From contig JAZMZY010000091.1 in NCBI GenBank assembly GCA_045586265.1, positions 5,921 to 69,920 of the forward strand: DNA of 64,000 nucleotides, written 5' to 3'. Below, one piece after another: positions 53,715 through 63,494 of this stretch. Source of the stretch: Acutalibacteraceae bacterium (GTDB taxonomy: Bacteria; Bacillota; Clostridia; Oscillospirales; Acutalibacteraceae). Position numbers and translations under genes: made by a program. The stretch's first letter is position 1, and each line of letters begins with the position of its first letter. The notes under the pieces are model-generated. The model saw only the letters and a program-made list of their open reading frames with translations. It had not been told where the DNA came from and did not search any database.

Positions 53715-54755
53715 TCAAGCATTATCTTCTTTAATTTTTTCTCTGCGAAGCTGACCGCAGGAAGCATTTATATCTGAGCCGAGAGTACGGCGAATGGTCA
53801 CCGTATGGCCTGATTTTTCAAGTATTTCTTTAAATTTGACTATATCGTTATCACTGCTTCTTTCGTGACCCTTTTCGGGAACTTCATTGGCAGGAATAAG
53901 ATTAATATGACACAAAATTCCTTTTAGCTTTCGACCTAATTCGCGGGCACACTCAGGGGTATCGTTAACGCCCTTCATCATAGCATACTCAAACGAGATA
54001 CGCCTTGAAGTTTTATTGCCGTAAATTCTGCAAGCTTCAAGAAGCTTATCAACATTCCAGGATTTATTAACAGGCATTATTTTTGAACGGATTTCGTCAT
54101 TTGGTGCGTGAAGAGAAACCGACAGGGTAAGCTGTAAATTTCTTTCAAGTAAATCGTAAATTCTCGGCACGATTCCGCTTGTGGAAAGGGAAATATGCCT
54201 CATACCGATGTTAAGCCCCTTTTCATCGCTTACAAGCTCTAAAAAGCGCATTACATTATCGAAGTTATCAAGCGGCTCGCCCATTCCCATTAAAACAATA
54301 CGGGAAATTCTCAAGCCTAAATCCCTTTGTGCAGTATAAATCTGACTAAGGATTTCCGATGGCGCCAACTGACGCTTGAAGCCACCGATACCCGATGCAC
54401 AAAACGCACAGCCCATTTTGCACCCGACCTGAGTAGAAACACATATTGTGTGGCCATATTTATAATCCATAACCACACATTCGAGGTATTCTCCATCAGG
54501 CAAAGAATACAGGTATTTTACCGTATTATCATACCTCGAAACAAGCTTTTTTTCAATAGTACAAGAAAATATGACAAAATTGTCATTTAATTTTGCAATT
54601 AAATCCTTTGAAATATTGGTCATTTCCTCAAAGGAAGCAACACATTTTTTATGTAACCAATCATAAACCTGTGTTGCTCTGAATTTAGGAAGCCCCATTT
54701 CCTTGAATTCTGCAGAAAGCTCTTCAAAGCTCATTGAAGCAATATCTTTTTTCAC
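53715..54755 (-). CDS. rlmN: 23S rRNA/tRNA (adenine-C2)-methyltransferase, radical SAM
   Basis: FRATQVYDWLH, CX3CX2C in GCKMGCAFCASG, GMGEPLDN, and CGQL near the C-terminus. Confidence 0.93.
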   Translation of the reverse strand: MKKDIASMSFEELSAEFKEMGLPKFRATQVYDWLHKKCVASFEEMTNISKDLIAKLNDNFVIFSCTIEKKLVSRYDNTVKYLYSLPDGEYLECVVMDYKYGHTICVSTQVGCKMGCAFCASGIGGFKRQLAPSEILSQIYTAQRDLGLRISRIVLMGMGEPLDNFDNVMRFLELVSDEKGLNIGMRHISLSTSGIVPRIYDLLERNLQLTLSVSLHAPNDEIRSKIMPVNKSWNVDKLLEACRIYGNKTSRRISFEYAMMKGVNDTPECARELGRKLKGILCHINLIPANEVPEKGHERSSDNDIVKFKEILEKSGHTVTIRRTLGSDINASCGQLRREKIKEDNA

Positions 54756-54764
54756 TATATCTTC

Positions 54765-56081
54765 TTACCTTCTTTGGAAAACGGCTACAAAAAAGCCGTC
54801 ACAATTATTTTTATGCGGGAAGAGGGTCAAATAGTCGCCCTCATCAACTGACCTTTCAATATGGGGCAAAGTCTTAACAGAATAAAAATCGGGATTTTCT
54901 TTTAAAAATGCATCACAGATTTTTCTGTTTTCACTAGGATTGACGGAACAGGTTGAATAAACAAGCCTGCCACCGCTTTTAACATATTGTGATGATGTCT
55001 GAAGAATTTTTTTCTGAATCGGTAGCAAGGGCTTGGTATCATCAAGCTTTTTATACTTGATTTCAGGCTTTTTGCCGATTATACCAAGTCCTGAGCAAGG
55101 CACATCGCAAAGAACTCTGTCCATCTTGGGTAATTCTTCATTAAAAACAGTTGCATCGTTTACAAAGGGCTTAACACAGCTCAGACCCAAGCGCTCTGCA
55201 CCCTCTTTAATTAAATCTGTTCTTTGGGGATAAATATCACAAGAATAAAGAACACCTTTATTCTCCATACACTCTGCGGCGGTAAAGGTTTTTCCGCCCG
55301 GTGCGGCGCAAGCATCAATAGCGGTTGCTTCAGGAAAAAGCTCAAGTGCTTCAACACAAAGCTGAGAAGAGATATCCTCAACGTGAAAAAGACCAGCCTT
55401 AAAAGCATTTAATTCATAAACCGCGCCACTTAATTCTATCTTCAAGGCATTCTTTAAATATGTATCGAACACCCTGACATTCTCTTCAACTAATAATTTT
55501 TTGAGTTTTTCGGTTGTGGTTTTTACTGTGTTTACTCTTATAAACATCTCTTTAGGCTCAAGACTTGCTTTTAAAAACGCTTCTGTATTCTCTCTACCAT
55601 AATGGTATATAAGAAATTTAACAGTATCCTCAGGCATTGAATAACTGACAGAAAGCTTCTCTGTTTCCGATAAATCATCATTTAATACAAGTCCGTTTTT
55701 ACTGATTTTTCTTAAAACTGCATTTACAAGCCCTGATGCATAATCACATTTGTTTGCTTTAGCAAGCTTAACGCTTTCGTTTACTGCGGCACTTTCGGGA
55801 ATTTTATCCATAAAAAGAAGCTGATATGCCCCCAGCCTTAATATAGTTAAAACCTCAGGCTTGGTTTTATTAATGGGTTTAGAAAGATGTTGAGAAATAA
55901 CATAATCAAGAGTTATTTTTCTTTCTGTTACACCATAAACAAGGCGGGAGATAAAAGCACAATCAGTGCTGTCGGGATTATACATCTTAACAGCACTGTC
56001 TATTGCAAGGTTGGAATACGCTTCACTGACCTCAATTTTTAAAAGTATTTCGCAGGCAATCTGCCTTGCCGATTTACTCAT
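54765..56081 (-). CDS. rsmB: 16S rRNA (cytosine967-C5)-methyltransferase
   Basis: N-terminal NusB-like domain, DACAAPGGKT, DVPCSGLG, YSTCS. Confidence 0.9.
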   Translation of the reverse strand: MSKSARQIACEILLKIEVSEAYSNLAIDSAVKMYNPDSTDCAFISRLVYGVTERKITLDYVISQHLSKPINKTKPEVLTILRLGAYQLLFMDKIPESAAVNESVKLAKANKCDYASGLVNAVLRKISKNGLVLNDDLSETEKLSVSYSMPEDTVKFLIYHYGRENTEAFLKASLEPKEMFIRVNTVKTTTEKLKKLLVEENVRVFDTYLKNALKIELSGAVYELNAFKAGLFHVEDISSQLCVEALELFPEATAIDACAAPGGKTFTAAECMENKGVLYSCDIYPQRTDLIKEGAERLGLSCVKPFVNDATVFNEELPKMDRVLCDVPCSGLGIIGKKPEIKYKKLDDTKPLLPIQKKILQTSSQYVKSGGRLVYSTCSVNPSENRKICDAFLKENPDFYSVKTLPHIERSVDEGDYLTLFPHKNNCDGFFVAVFQRR

Positions 56082-56779
56082 TATCTTCTTCTCCTGCCTC
56101 CGCCAAATACGAGGATTAATCTTAACAACTGAGCAACACTTGTTGCTAAAGCGGCAACATAGGTCATAGCTGCCATTTTCAAAACCTTTGCGGCACCATT
56201 TTTCTCTTCAAAGGATAGAAGTCCGTTAGACTCAATAACATTGAGAGCTCTTCTGCTTGCGTTAAATTCAACAGGTAAAGTTATTAACTGAAAAACTGCA
56301 ACAAAGGAGAAAAAGCCTATGCCAATCCAAACTAAAGGCTCATAGCTGAAAATCACACCTGCAAGAAGCAAGGGCATTGAAAGAGTTGAACCTATATTGC
56401 AAACGGGTAGAATAAGATTTCTCACCTTAATTGGTGCATAAGCCTCTGCGTGCTGAGCAGCATGGCCCGCCTCGTGACAAGCAACGCCTACTGCAGCAAT
56501 TGATGAGCCATTGAAAACACCATCGGAAAGGCGGATAACCTTGGCTTTTGGGTCATAATGGTCGGAAAGCTTACCGCTTACGTGCTCAATTGCTACATCG
56601 CGGATGCCATAGTAACCAAGCACCAGCTGAGCCGCCTGAGCACCTGTTATATTACGGGCATTGCCGATTTTTGAATATTTTGAATAAGTTGATTTTAATT
56701 TAGCCTGAATAATAAGCGAAGCAATAATTACAGGCAAAACGAGAATAATATAATAATAATCAAAATAAAAATACGGCAT
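56081..56779 (-). CDS. Membrane zinc metallopeptidase (Zn_peptidase_2 type)
   Basis: Start at MPYFYFDYYY after GGAGG. HEAGHAAQH motif and C-terminal TM helices. Confidence 0.85.
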   Translation of the reverse strand: MPYFYFDYYYIILVLPVIIASLIIQAKLKSTYSKYSKIGNARNITGAQAAQLVLGYYGIRDVAIEHVSGKLSDHYDPKAKVIRLSDGVFNGSSIAAVGVACHEAGHAAQHAEAYAPIKVRNLILPVCNIGSTLSMPLLLAGVIFSYEPLVWIGIGFFSFVAVFQLITLPVEFNASRRALNVIESNGLLSFEEKNGAAKVLKMAAMTYVAALATSVAQLLRLILVFGGGRRRR

Positions 56780-56870
56780 TATCTCAACCTCCAATTGTAA
56801 AAATTTCTTCACTGTAATTTTAAAATAACATTTTAAATCCGTTATTTAAAATTATTGAATAAAATGTTAA

Positions 56871-57800
56871 TTATTGTAAAATTGTGCCATCGGGAATGGG
56901 ATGACCTCTTAAAAAGTCTGCAGCATTCATTCGCTTTTTGCCCTCAAACTGCACCTGAGAAATAACAACCGCCTTTCCGTCACCACAGAAAACGGCAAGT
57001 CCGTTTTTAAGAGCTTTGGTTTCCCCTGCCTTACCGCCGCTTAATTCCTTTGAAACTGAAGAGCCGAAAAGCTTTAAGGTTTTTCCTTCAAGACAGGTCA
57101 ATGCAACAGGCCAGGGGTCAAGACCTCGGATATGGTTATGAACCTGCTGTGCAGATTTTGTGAAATCAACGGGTGACATTGTTTTATCAAGCATTGAAGC
57201 ATAGGTGCTTTCTGCATCATTCTGCTTTTCAGGCTTCAGCTCACCCTTTTCAAGAGCAACAAGAGTTTTAATAAGAAGCTCTGCGCCCATAGGTGCAAGT
57301 CTGTCAAAAAGCTCACCTGCGGTTTCATTCTCACCTATTTTTGTTTTTTCAACAAGGAGCATATCCCCTGTATCAAGCCCAACATCCATTTGCATTGAGG
57401 TTACACCTGCATACTCCTCGCCATCAAGAACACAGCGTTGAATTGGTGCGGCACCTCTGTATTTAGGAAGAATTGAGCCGTGAATATTTATGCAACCGTA
57501 TTTTGTGTATTCGAGAAAATCCTTTGGTAAAATTTTGCCGTAAGCAACAACAATAACAACATCGGGATTAAGCTCACGAAGAATTTCCATACCCTCTCCG
57601 TTTTTTAGTGTTTGCGGTTGATAGACTTTTATACCAAGCTCCTGAGCCTGAGCCTTTACGGGAGGTGGTGTCAGAATCGCTTTTCTTCCAACGGGTTTAT
57701 CGGGTTGGGTAACCACACCGCAAACATCATAGCCATTATTTACAAGGGCTTTCAAGGGTTCAACTGCAAAATCAGGTGTACCCATATAAAGAACCTTCAT
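56871..57800 (-). CDS. fmt: Methionyl-tRNA formyltransferase
   Basis: Start at MKVLYMGTPDFAV, 1 nt after the def stop. Motifs HGSILPKYRGAAPIQ. Confidence 0.93.
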   Translation of the reverse strand: MKVLYMGTPDFAVEPLKALVNNGYDVCGVVTQPDKPVGRKAILTPPPVKAQAQELGIKVYQPQTLKNGEGMEILRELNPDVVIVVAYGKILPKDFLEYTKYGCINIHGSILPKYRGAAPIQRCVLDGEEYAGVTSMQMDVGLDTGDMLLVEKTKIGENETAGELFDRLAPMGAELLIKTLVALEKGELKPEKQNDAESTYASMLDKTMSPVDFTKSAQQVHNHIRGLDPWPVALTCLEGKTLKLFGSSVSKELSGGKAGETKALKNGLAVFCGDGKAVVISQVQFEGKKRMNAADFLRGHPIPDGTILQ

Positions 57801-57801
57801 A

Positions 57802-58281
57802 TTATTCACCATCGTTTCTCTGAAGAAATTCGCCTTCATCAAGCTTATCTTTATAAAGAACACCGTCAAGGTGGTCAATTTCGTGGCAGAAGCATCTTGC
57901 TTTAAGAGCTTCGCCTTTATATAAGCACCATTTACCATCTCGATTCTGCGCTTTCACCTTAACAACATTAGGTCTTGTAACAACGCCATAAAGCCCGGGA
58001 AGAGAAAGGCAACCCTCGTTACCTGTCTGAGAACCATCCTCAAAGGTAATTACAGGGTTAATAAGCTCAATAAACTCATTTCTGTCCTCGCTGACATCCA
58101 TAACAACAACTCTTTTAAGTACGCCAACCTGAGGCCCTGCAAGACCTACGCCACCTGAGTGGTACATTGTTTCCTTCATATCATCAAGGAGCTCGAAAAG
58201 TCTGTCATTAAATTCTGTTACTTCTCTTGATTTTTTTCTTAAAATCGGGTCATCATCAACCCTGATATTTCTTATAGCCAT
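57802..58281 (-). CDS. def: Peptide deformylase
   Basis: GVGLAGPQVG, EGCLS, HEIDHLDG. Confidence 0.93.
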   Translation of the reverse strand: MAIRNIRVDDDPILRKKSREVTEFNDRLFELLDDMKETMYHSGGVGLAGPQVGVLKRVVVMDVSEDRNEFIELINPVITFEDGSQTGNEGCLSLPGLYGVVTRPNVVKVKAQNRDGKWCLYKGEALKARCFCHEIDHLDGVLYKDKLDEGEFLQRNDGE

Positions 58282-58304
58282 TTTTTCTTTCCTTCTGTGT
58301 ATGC

Positions 58305-60758
58305 TTATGATAACGGGTTTATATCTATTGTAACATTTGCCGTGGAAAGCTTTGCATTTTTCATATACTCTTTTAAGAGCTTTGCCATCATTTCACGGAA
58401 ACGTTTATTATTTTTACATTTTATTGTTATTACATTTCTGTATTTATTATTAATTTTTGATACCCTCGGTTGTATTGGTCCGAGAATGTTGATTCTTACA
58501 TCACTATATTCTGTTGTTACCGCTTCCTTGACCATTTCAAAAAACTTTTTAGCGCCCGCAACAGATTGATTAAACTGAGTGCTTGTAAAGGTAAGTGAAC
58601 AGATATCACAAAACGGCGGATAAACCATACTTCTTCTTATGATTTCCTCTGTTTTATAAAATGATTCATAGTCCTGTTCAGCAGAAAGCTCGATAATGTC
58701 ATTTTCAGGAAGAACAGTCTGAATAAATGCTCGTCCTTTAAAATCACCTCTGCCCGACCTGCCCACAACCTGAGTAAGCAAATCAAAGGCTTTTTCACTG
58801 CTTCTGAAATCATCGTTATATAGCTGATGGTCAATGGAAATTACTCCAACAAGAGTAACCATCGGGAAATCAAGCCCCTTTGCAACCATCTGAGTGCCTA
58901 AAAGAATATCATATTCGCCCTTTGCAAAGGCGGTCAGCTTGTCCTGATAGGAGTACCTTGCCATTGTAGTATCTGCATCCATACGAAGAATTTTAGCACT
59001 CGGAAAAACATTCTGTAATTCTTCCTCAATTCTTTGGGTGCCAAAGCCTGCATACCTGACGGCTTTTTCGTTACATTCAGGGCAAGTGTCCGTAAAAATC
59101 TCTGAATGACCGCAATAATGGCACATAAGGCGATTATTGGCGTTGTGATAAGTAAGAGATATACTGCAATTAGGACAGGTTAAAACAGTCTTACACGCGC
59201 CACAGGAAGCAAAGGTATTAAATCCTCTTCTGTTCATAAGAAGAATTGCCTGTTTATTATCTTCAAGGCATTCTTCAAGAGCGGTATAAAGCTCGTTGCT
59301 TATAGGTCCTTTGGTGTCGCTGATATCAACAGTTACAACATCGGGCAAAACTGCTTTGCCATATCTTTCAGTTAACTTTATGAAGGTATATTTACCATCA
59401 ACTGCATTTTTATAAGACTCAATTGAAGGAGTTGCAGAGGATAAAAGCAAAAGTGCATTATTATATGCACACCTGAAACGAGCCACATCACGAGCGTGAT
59501 ACCTGGGATTCATTTCAGATTTATATGTATGCTCCTGCTCCTCATCAATTACAATTAACCCCAGATTGCTGAATGGGGCAAAAACTGCTGAACGTGTACC
59601 AATTGCTATTTTAGCTTCGCCATTTTTTACTCTTTTCCACTCGTCAATTCTTTCACCTGCGGAAAGAGCGCTATGAAACACAGCAACCTTATCGCCAAAA
59701 TGAGAATAGAAAATGCTCAGAGTCTGAGGTGTAAGAGCAATTTCAGGAACCATAACAATTACATCCTTGCCGTCGTTAACAACCTCTTCAATCAACTTAA
59801 GAAAAACCTGAGTTTTTCCTGAGCCTGTTACACCAAAAAGCAACGAAGCCGAGCCTTTACCGCTTTTATACTGACTTAAAAGCTCATTAAAAGCTTTATT
59901 CTGAGAACCGGTTAATTCAGGTGATTTTGCTTTTTGTTGTGATTTTTCATATTTAGGCTTGCGATAAATTTCACTGTCATAAAGCTCTGCATAGCCCTTT
60001 TTAACAATCGCGTTAACAACTGCGGAAGTTACACCGGTAAAGTAGCAGACCTCTTTAACGGATGCACCGCCAATATCTATAAGAAGACGAAAAACACTTT
60101 TTTGCTTTGCGGTAAGCTTGGGCAAAAGCTCTTCTGCTTCAGACTCGCTTACTGCAAGGCGGACATTTTTAACAGTTAAGTCCCCTGTTTTTCGTTTCGC
60201 ATCAACATTTGTAATCAGAACACCTTTTTTTACAAGGTTTTCGAGAATTTTGCTATCCGAATCCAATCCTAAATCTGCAAGAATTTTCTCTTTTTTTACA
60301 TATTTACAATTATCCTTAAGGTAATTGTAAACTGAAGCCTCATCCTCTTTTAATTTACCGACAGAGGCTTCGTCAATATTGTTTGCCATAAAAGACACAA
60401 CGTAATTAAGACCTATACCTGCCGGAAGCATTGATTTTGCAGCCTCAAAAAGAGTGCAAAAGGTTGTTTCTTTAAGCCAGAACACCAAGGAAAGCATTTC
60501 AGCATCAAAAAGAGGCTTATTATCAAGCACACCTGTTATTGATTTGAGTTTCCCCTGATTTTCTGCTTCAGAAAACGACTCCACGGACAGTATAAGCCCT
60601 TGTTTTTTTCGGTTACTATTGCCAAAGGGCACCATAACTCTGCAACCTGCTGACGCCTTGCCCTCTAATTCAGCGGGAATTTTATAAGAATAAGGCGCAT
60701 CAAAATGATACACAAGTCCTTCAACGGCTACCTTGGCTACAAGTGTACCGATACCCAT
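58305..60758 (-). CDS. priA: Primosomal protein N' (replication restart helicase)
   Basis: 817 aa with GVTGSGKT, DEEQE, and Cys-rich zinc-binding region CGACKTVLTCPNCSISLTYH...CHYCG. Confidence 0.93.
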   Translation of the reverse strand: MGIGTLVAKVAVEGLVYHFDAPYSYKIPAELEGKASAGCRVMVPFGNSNRKKQGLILSVESFSEAENQGKLKSITGVLDNKPLFDAEMLSLVFWLKETTFCTLFEAAKSMLPAGIGLNYVVSFMANNIDEASVGKLKEDEASVYNYLKDNCKYVKKEKILADLGLDSDSKILENLVKKGVLITNVDAKRKTGDLTVKNVRLAVSESEAEELLPKLTAKQKSVFRLLIDIGGASVKEVCYFTGVTSAVVNAIVKKGYAELYDSEIYRKPKYEKSQQKAKSPELTGSQNKAFNELLSQYKSGKGSASLLFGVTGSGKTQVFLKLIEEVVNDGKDVIVMVPEIALTPQTLSIFYSHFGDKVAVFHSALSAGERIDEWKRVKNGEAKIAIGTRSAVFAPFSNLGLIVIDEEQEHTYKSEMNPRYHARDVARFRCAYNNALLLLSSATPSIESYKNAVDGKYTFIKLTERYGKAVLPDVVTVDISDTKGPISNELYTALEECLEDNKQAILLMNRRGFNTFASCGACKTVLTCPNCSISLTYHNANNRLMCHYCGHSEIFTDTCPECNEKAVRYAGFGTQRIEEELQNVFPSAKILRMDADTTMARYSYQDKLTAFAKGEYDILLGTQMVAKGLDFPMVTLVGVISIDHQLYNDDFRSSEKAFDLLTQVVGRSGRGDFKGRAFIQTVLPENDIIELSAEQDYESFYKTEEIIRRSMVYPPFCDICSLTFTSTQFNQSVAGAKKFFEMVKEAVTTEYSDVRINILGPIQPRVSKINNKYRNVITIKCKNNKRFREMMAKLLKEYMKNAKLSTANVTIDINPLS

Positions 60759-60760
60759 TG

Positions 60761-60970
60761 TTAAATATGAGCAATTTCATCAGGCTCAATAATTTTATAT
60801 GAGCCATCAAGAAGTTTATCAAGAGCATCACTAACGGGCTTTTCGGTAGTGATAACCTTGTCTTCAAGGTTTTTGTCGGAAATCTCACGGGCAAGCTTTG
60901 CAGTTGCAGTTACGAGAGAATAACGGCTGATGTGTCCTGTGAGTACTTTACTAAGGTCTTGATTAAGCAT
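60761..60970 (-). CDS. rpoZ: DNA-directed RNA polymerase subunit omega
   Basis: 69 aa with SRYSLVTATAKLAREI, in the conserved gmk-rpoZ position. Confidence 0.85.
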   Translation of the reverse strand: MLNQDLSKVLTGHISRYSLVTATAKLAREISDKNLEDKVITTEKPVSDALDKLLDGSYKIIEPDEIAHI

Positions 60971-60992
60971 AATTTATTTTCCTTTCGGTTTA

Positions 60993-61607
60993 TTAGTTTT
61001 TTAACATATCTTCAACAATATTACCCACTCTGCAATAGCGTAATTGCTCAGATTCAAGTATCTTAACAATTTGCTCTGCACAAAGGTTAATATCATCATT
61101 AATAACTATGTAATCGTATTCATTTGCTCTTGAAAGCTCGTCTTTGGCAGTTTTAAAGCGTTTTTGGAAGCTTTCCTCTGTTTCTGTGCCTCTGCCTCTC
61201 AGACGCCTTTCAAGCTCTTCCATTGATGGCGGAATGATAAATATAGAAAGTGCTTCAGGCATTGCTTTTCTAACATTACCTGCACCCTCAACCTCTATCT
61301 TTAAAAGGATGCAGCCACCTTTATCAATGTGCCTTTCAACTTCGGATTTTGGTGTTCCGTAGTAATTGTCATTATAAACTGTATATTCAAGGAATTCCTG
61401 ATTATTTATTCTTTCCTCAAAGGTATTTTTATCAATAAAGTAGTAATCTACTCCATCTTTTTCTCCGTCACGCATATCTCTTGTCGTAGCAGAGATTGTT
61501 TTATCAAATGAAAAATCAGTTTCCTTTAATTTTTCTAAAACTGTGTCCTTACCAGAGCCTGAAGGTCCCGAAAGAACAACAAGCATACCTTTACCCTTCA
61601 AAGCCAA
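60993..61607 (-). CDS. gmk: Guanylate kinase
   Basis: LVVLSGPSGSGKDT. I prefer the TTG start at 61607 (7 nt after AGGGAGG), which gives a typical length of about 204 aa. In-frame alternatives are ATG at 61631 and ATG at 61586. Confidence 0.85.
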   Translation of the reverse strand: MALKGKGMLVVLSGPSGSGKDTVLEKLKETDFSFDKTISATTRDMRDGEKDGVDYYFIDKNTFEERINNQEFLEYTVYNDNYYGTPKSEVERHIDKGGCILLKIEVEGAGNVRKAMPEALSIFIIPPSMEELERRLRGRGTETEESFQKRFKTAKDELSRANEYDYIVINDDINLCAEQIVKILESEQLRYCRVGNIVEDMLKN

Positions 61608-61857
61608 ATTCTCGTCCTCCCTTTTGGTCATTGAATCTTGTAAGTAATTGCTCCGCAGACAAAAATGATAACACAACATTGTCACTGTCTGTAATAATTA
61701 CGCCCTTGGTTTTTCTGCCGTGAGTGGCATCAATAAGCTGAGCTCTTTCCTTACATTCCTGAATCATACGCTTTGCAGGAGCTGAATCAGGACTTATTAC
61801 TGCAATTACTCTATCTGCATTTATAAGGTTTCCAAAACCTATATTAACAAGCTTCAT
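61591..61857 (-). CDS. remA: RemA/DUF370-family regulator
   Basis: MKLVNIGFGNLINADRVIAVISPDSAPAKRMIQECKERAQLIDATHGRKTKGVIITDSDNVVLS closely resembles B. subtilis RemA. Confidence 0.85.
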   Translation of the reverse strand: MKLVNIGFGNLINADRVIAVISPDSAPAKRMIQECKERAQLIDATHGRKTKGVIITDSDNVVLSFLSAEQLLTRFNDQKGGREFGFEG

Positions 61858-61866
61858 AACAACCTC

Positions 61867-62745
61867 TTATTCAATATTTTGAATCTGTTCTCTAATTTTT
61901 TCAACTTCCGCTTTAATATCAATAACTCTGCGGGCAATATCAACATCCTGGGCTTTAGAGCCGATTGTATTTGCTTCGCGGTTAATTTCCTGAACAAGAA
62001 AATCAAGCTTTCTGCCCACTGCTTCATTTGAATCAAGCATTGAATGGAGCTGGTCGATATGGCTTCTGAGTCTTACTGTTTCTTCTGCAACGGCAACCTT
62101 GTCCGCATAAATCGCTGCTTCAGTTAAAATTCTTGCTTCATCAACCTGAGTATCGCCTAAAACAGTTTTCATTCTTTCAAGAAGCTTTTCCGAATATGCT
62201 TTAACTGTTTCAGGTGAGCGTTCCTCTATGTAAGAAACATTATTGATTATTAAATCTGCTCTTGAAAGCACGTCCGCTTTAAGCTTTTCGCCCTCAATTT
62301 CTCTCATTTTAATAAATTCTGCAAGTGCTTCCTTAACCGCACCCTGAACCTTATTCCACAAATCCTCTTCATCAACGGGGGCTTTTGTTATGGAAAGAAT
62401 GTCGGAAAAACGAGCAAGAGAAAGTGCAGTTAAATCATTCTTAACCTGGAATTTCTCTGCTAACTCTTCAATTGCTTTAACATAACCTACTGCTAAAGGC
62501 TCATTAACACTGACAATAACGCTTTCGTCAGCAGTTGTTTCAATCTGTAATGAACACTCTACCTTACCGCGAGAAATCTCAGTTGAAAGCAAGGATTTCA
62601 CCTTTTCTTCAAGGAAAGAGAATGTACGGGGCATTTTCGCATAGAAATCAAAATATCTGTTATTAACACTTCTGATTTCAACTGTAATATTATAGCCCTC
62701 AACAGAAACCTGTGCTCTGCCGAAGCCTGTCATACTTCTAATCAT
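61867..62745 (-). CDS. yicC: YicC/YloC-family protein
   Basis: MIRSMTGFGRA... with C-terminal EINREANTIGSKA and EVEKIREQIQNIE. Confidence 0.88.
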   Translation of the reverse strand: MIRSMTGFGRAQVSVEGYNITVEIRSVNNRYFDFYAKMPRTFSFLEEKVKSLLSTEISRGKVECSLQIETTADESVIVSVNEPLAVGYVKAIEELAEKFQVKNDLTALSLARFSDILSITKAPVDEEDLWNKVQGAVKEALAEFIKMREIEGEKLKADVLSRADLIINNVSYIEERSPETVKAYSEKLLERMKTVLGDTQVDEARILTEAAIYADKVAVAEETVRLRSHIDQLHSMLDSNEAVGRKLDFLVQEINREANTIGSKAQDVDIARRVIDIKAEVEKIREQIQNIE

Positions 62746-62758
62746 ATAAATCTCCTAA

Positions 62759-63478
62759 TCACTGACTTTGTAAGCGATGAACCTCATCCTCTGTAAGCTC
62801 ACGCCATTTACCGACCTTAAGCATACCCAGCTTCACTGAACCGATAGCATTTCTTTTAAGGCGGATAACATCGAGACTTACAGCCTCGCACATTTTACGA
62901 ATCTGCCTGTTTCTGCCCTCATAAATGGTGATTTCAAAAACACTTCTTGCGGCAGATTTTTCGATAATTCTTACCTGCGCGGGTAAGGTATCTCTACCGT
63001 TATCATCAATATCAATACCATTTTCAAGCTTTTCAACCTGAGCATCGTTGATATTTGAGCGAACGGTTACTCTGTATGTTTTAGGAACGTGCTTTCTCGG
63101 GTGCATAACCGCATTTGCAAATTCACCATCATTTGTGAGAAGCAAAAGACCTTCGGAATCCCTGTCGAGTCTTCCAACGGGATAAACTGTTGCGCCAACA
63201 TCCTCAACAAGCTCTGCAACACATTTTCTGCCAAGCTCATCACTCATAGTCGTAACATAGCCTCTGGGCTTATTTAACATAATGTAATACTTCTGCTTAA
63301 CGGCAACAACCTTTTTACCGCTGACAGTAACAGTATCTTTTTTGGGATCGATTTTATCGCCCACAACGGCAATTTTGCCGTTCACCTTAACCTTACCGGC
63401 ATTTATTAGCTCCTCTGACTTTCTTCTTGAAGCCACAGAGCATTCCGATAAATATTTCTGTAATCTAACAAGAGCCAT
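62759..63478 (-). CDS. rluB: Pseudouridine synthase, RsuA/RluB family (S4 domain)
   Basis: RLQKYLSECSVASRRKSEELINAGKVKVNG, GRLDRDSEGLLLLTNDG, NRQIRKM. Confidence 0.88.
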   Translation of the reverse strand: MALVRLQKYLSECSVASRRKSEELINAGKVKVNGKIAVVGDKIDPKKDTVTVSGKKVVAVKQKYYIMLNKPRGYVTTMSDELGRKCVAELVEDVGATVYPVGRLDRDSEGLLLLTNDGEFANAVMHPRKHVPKTYRVTVRSNINDAQVEKLENGIDIDDNGRDTLPAQVRIIEKSAARSVFEITIYEGRNRQIRKMCEAVSLDVIRLKRNAIGSVKLGMLKVGKWRELTEDEVHRLQSQ

Positions 63479-63494
63479 AATTATTCCTATCTGT

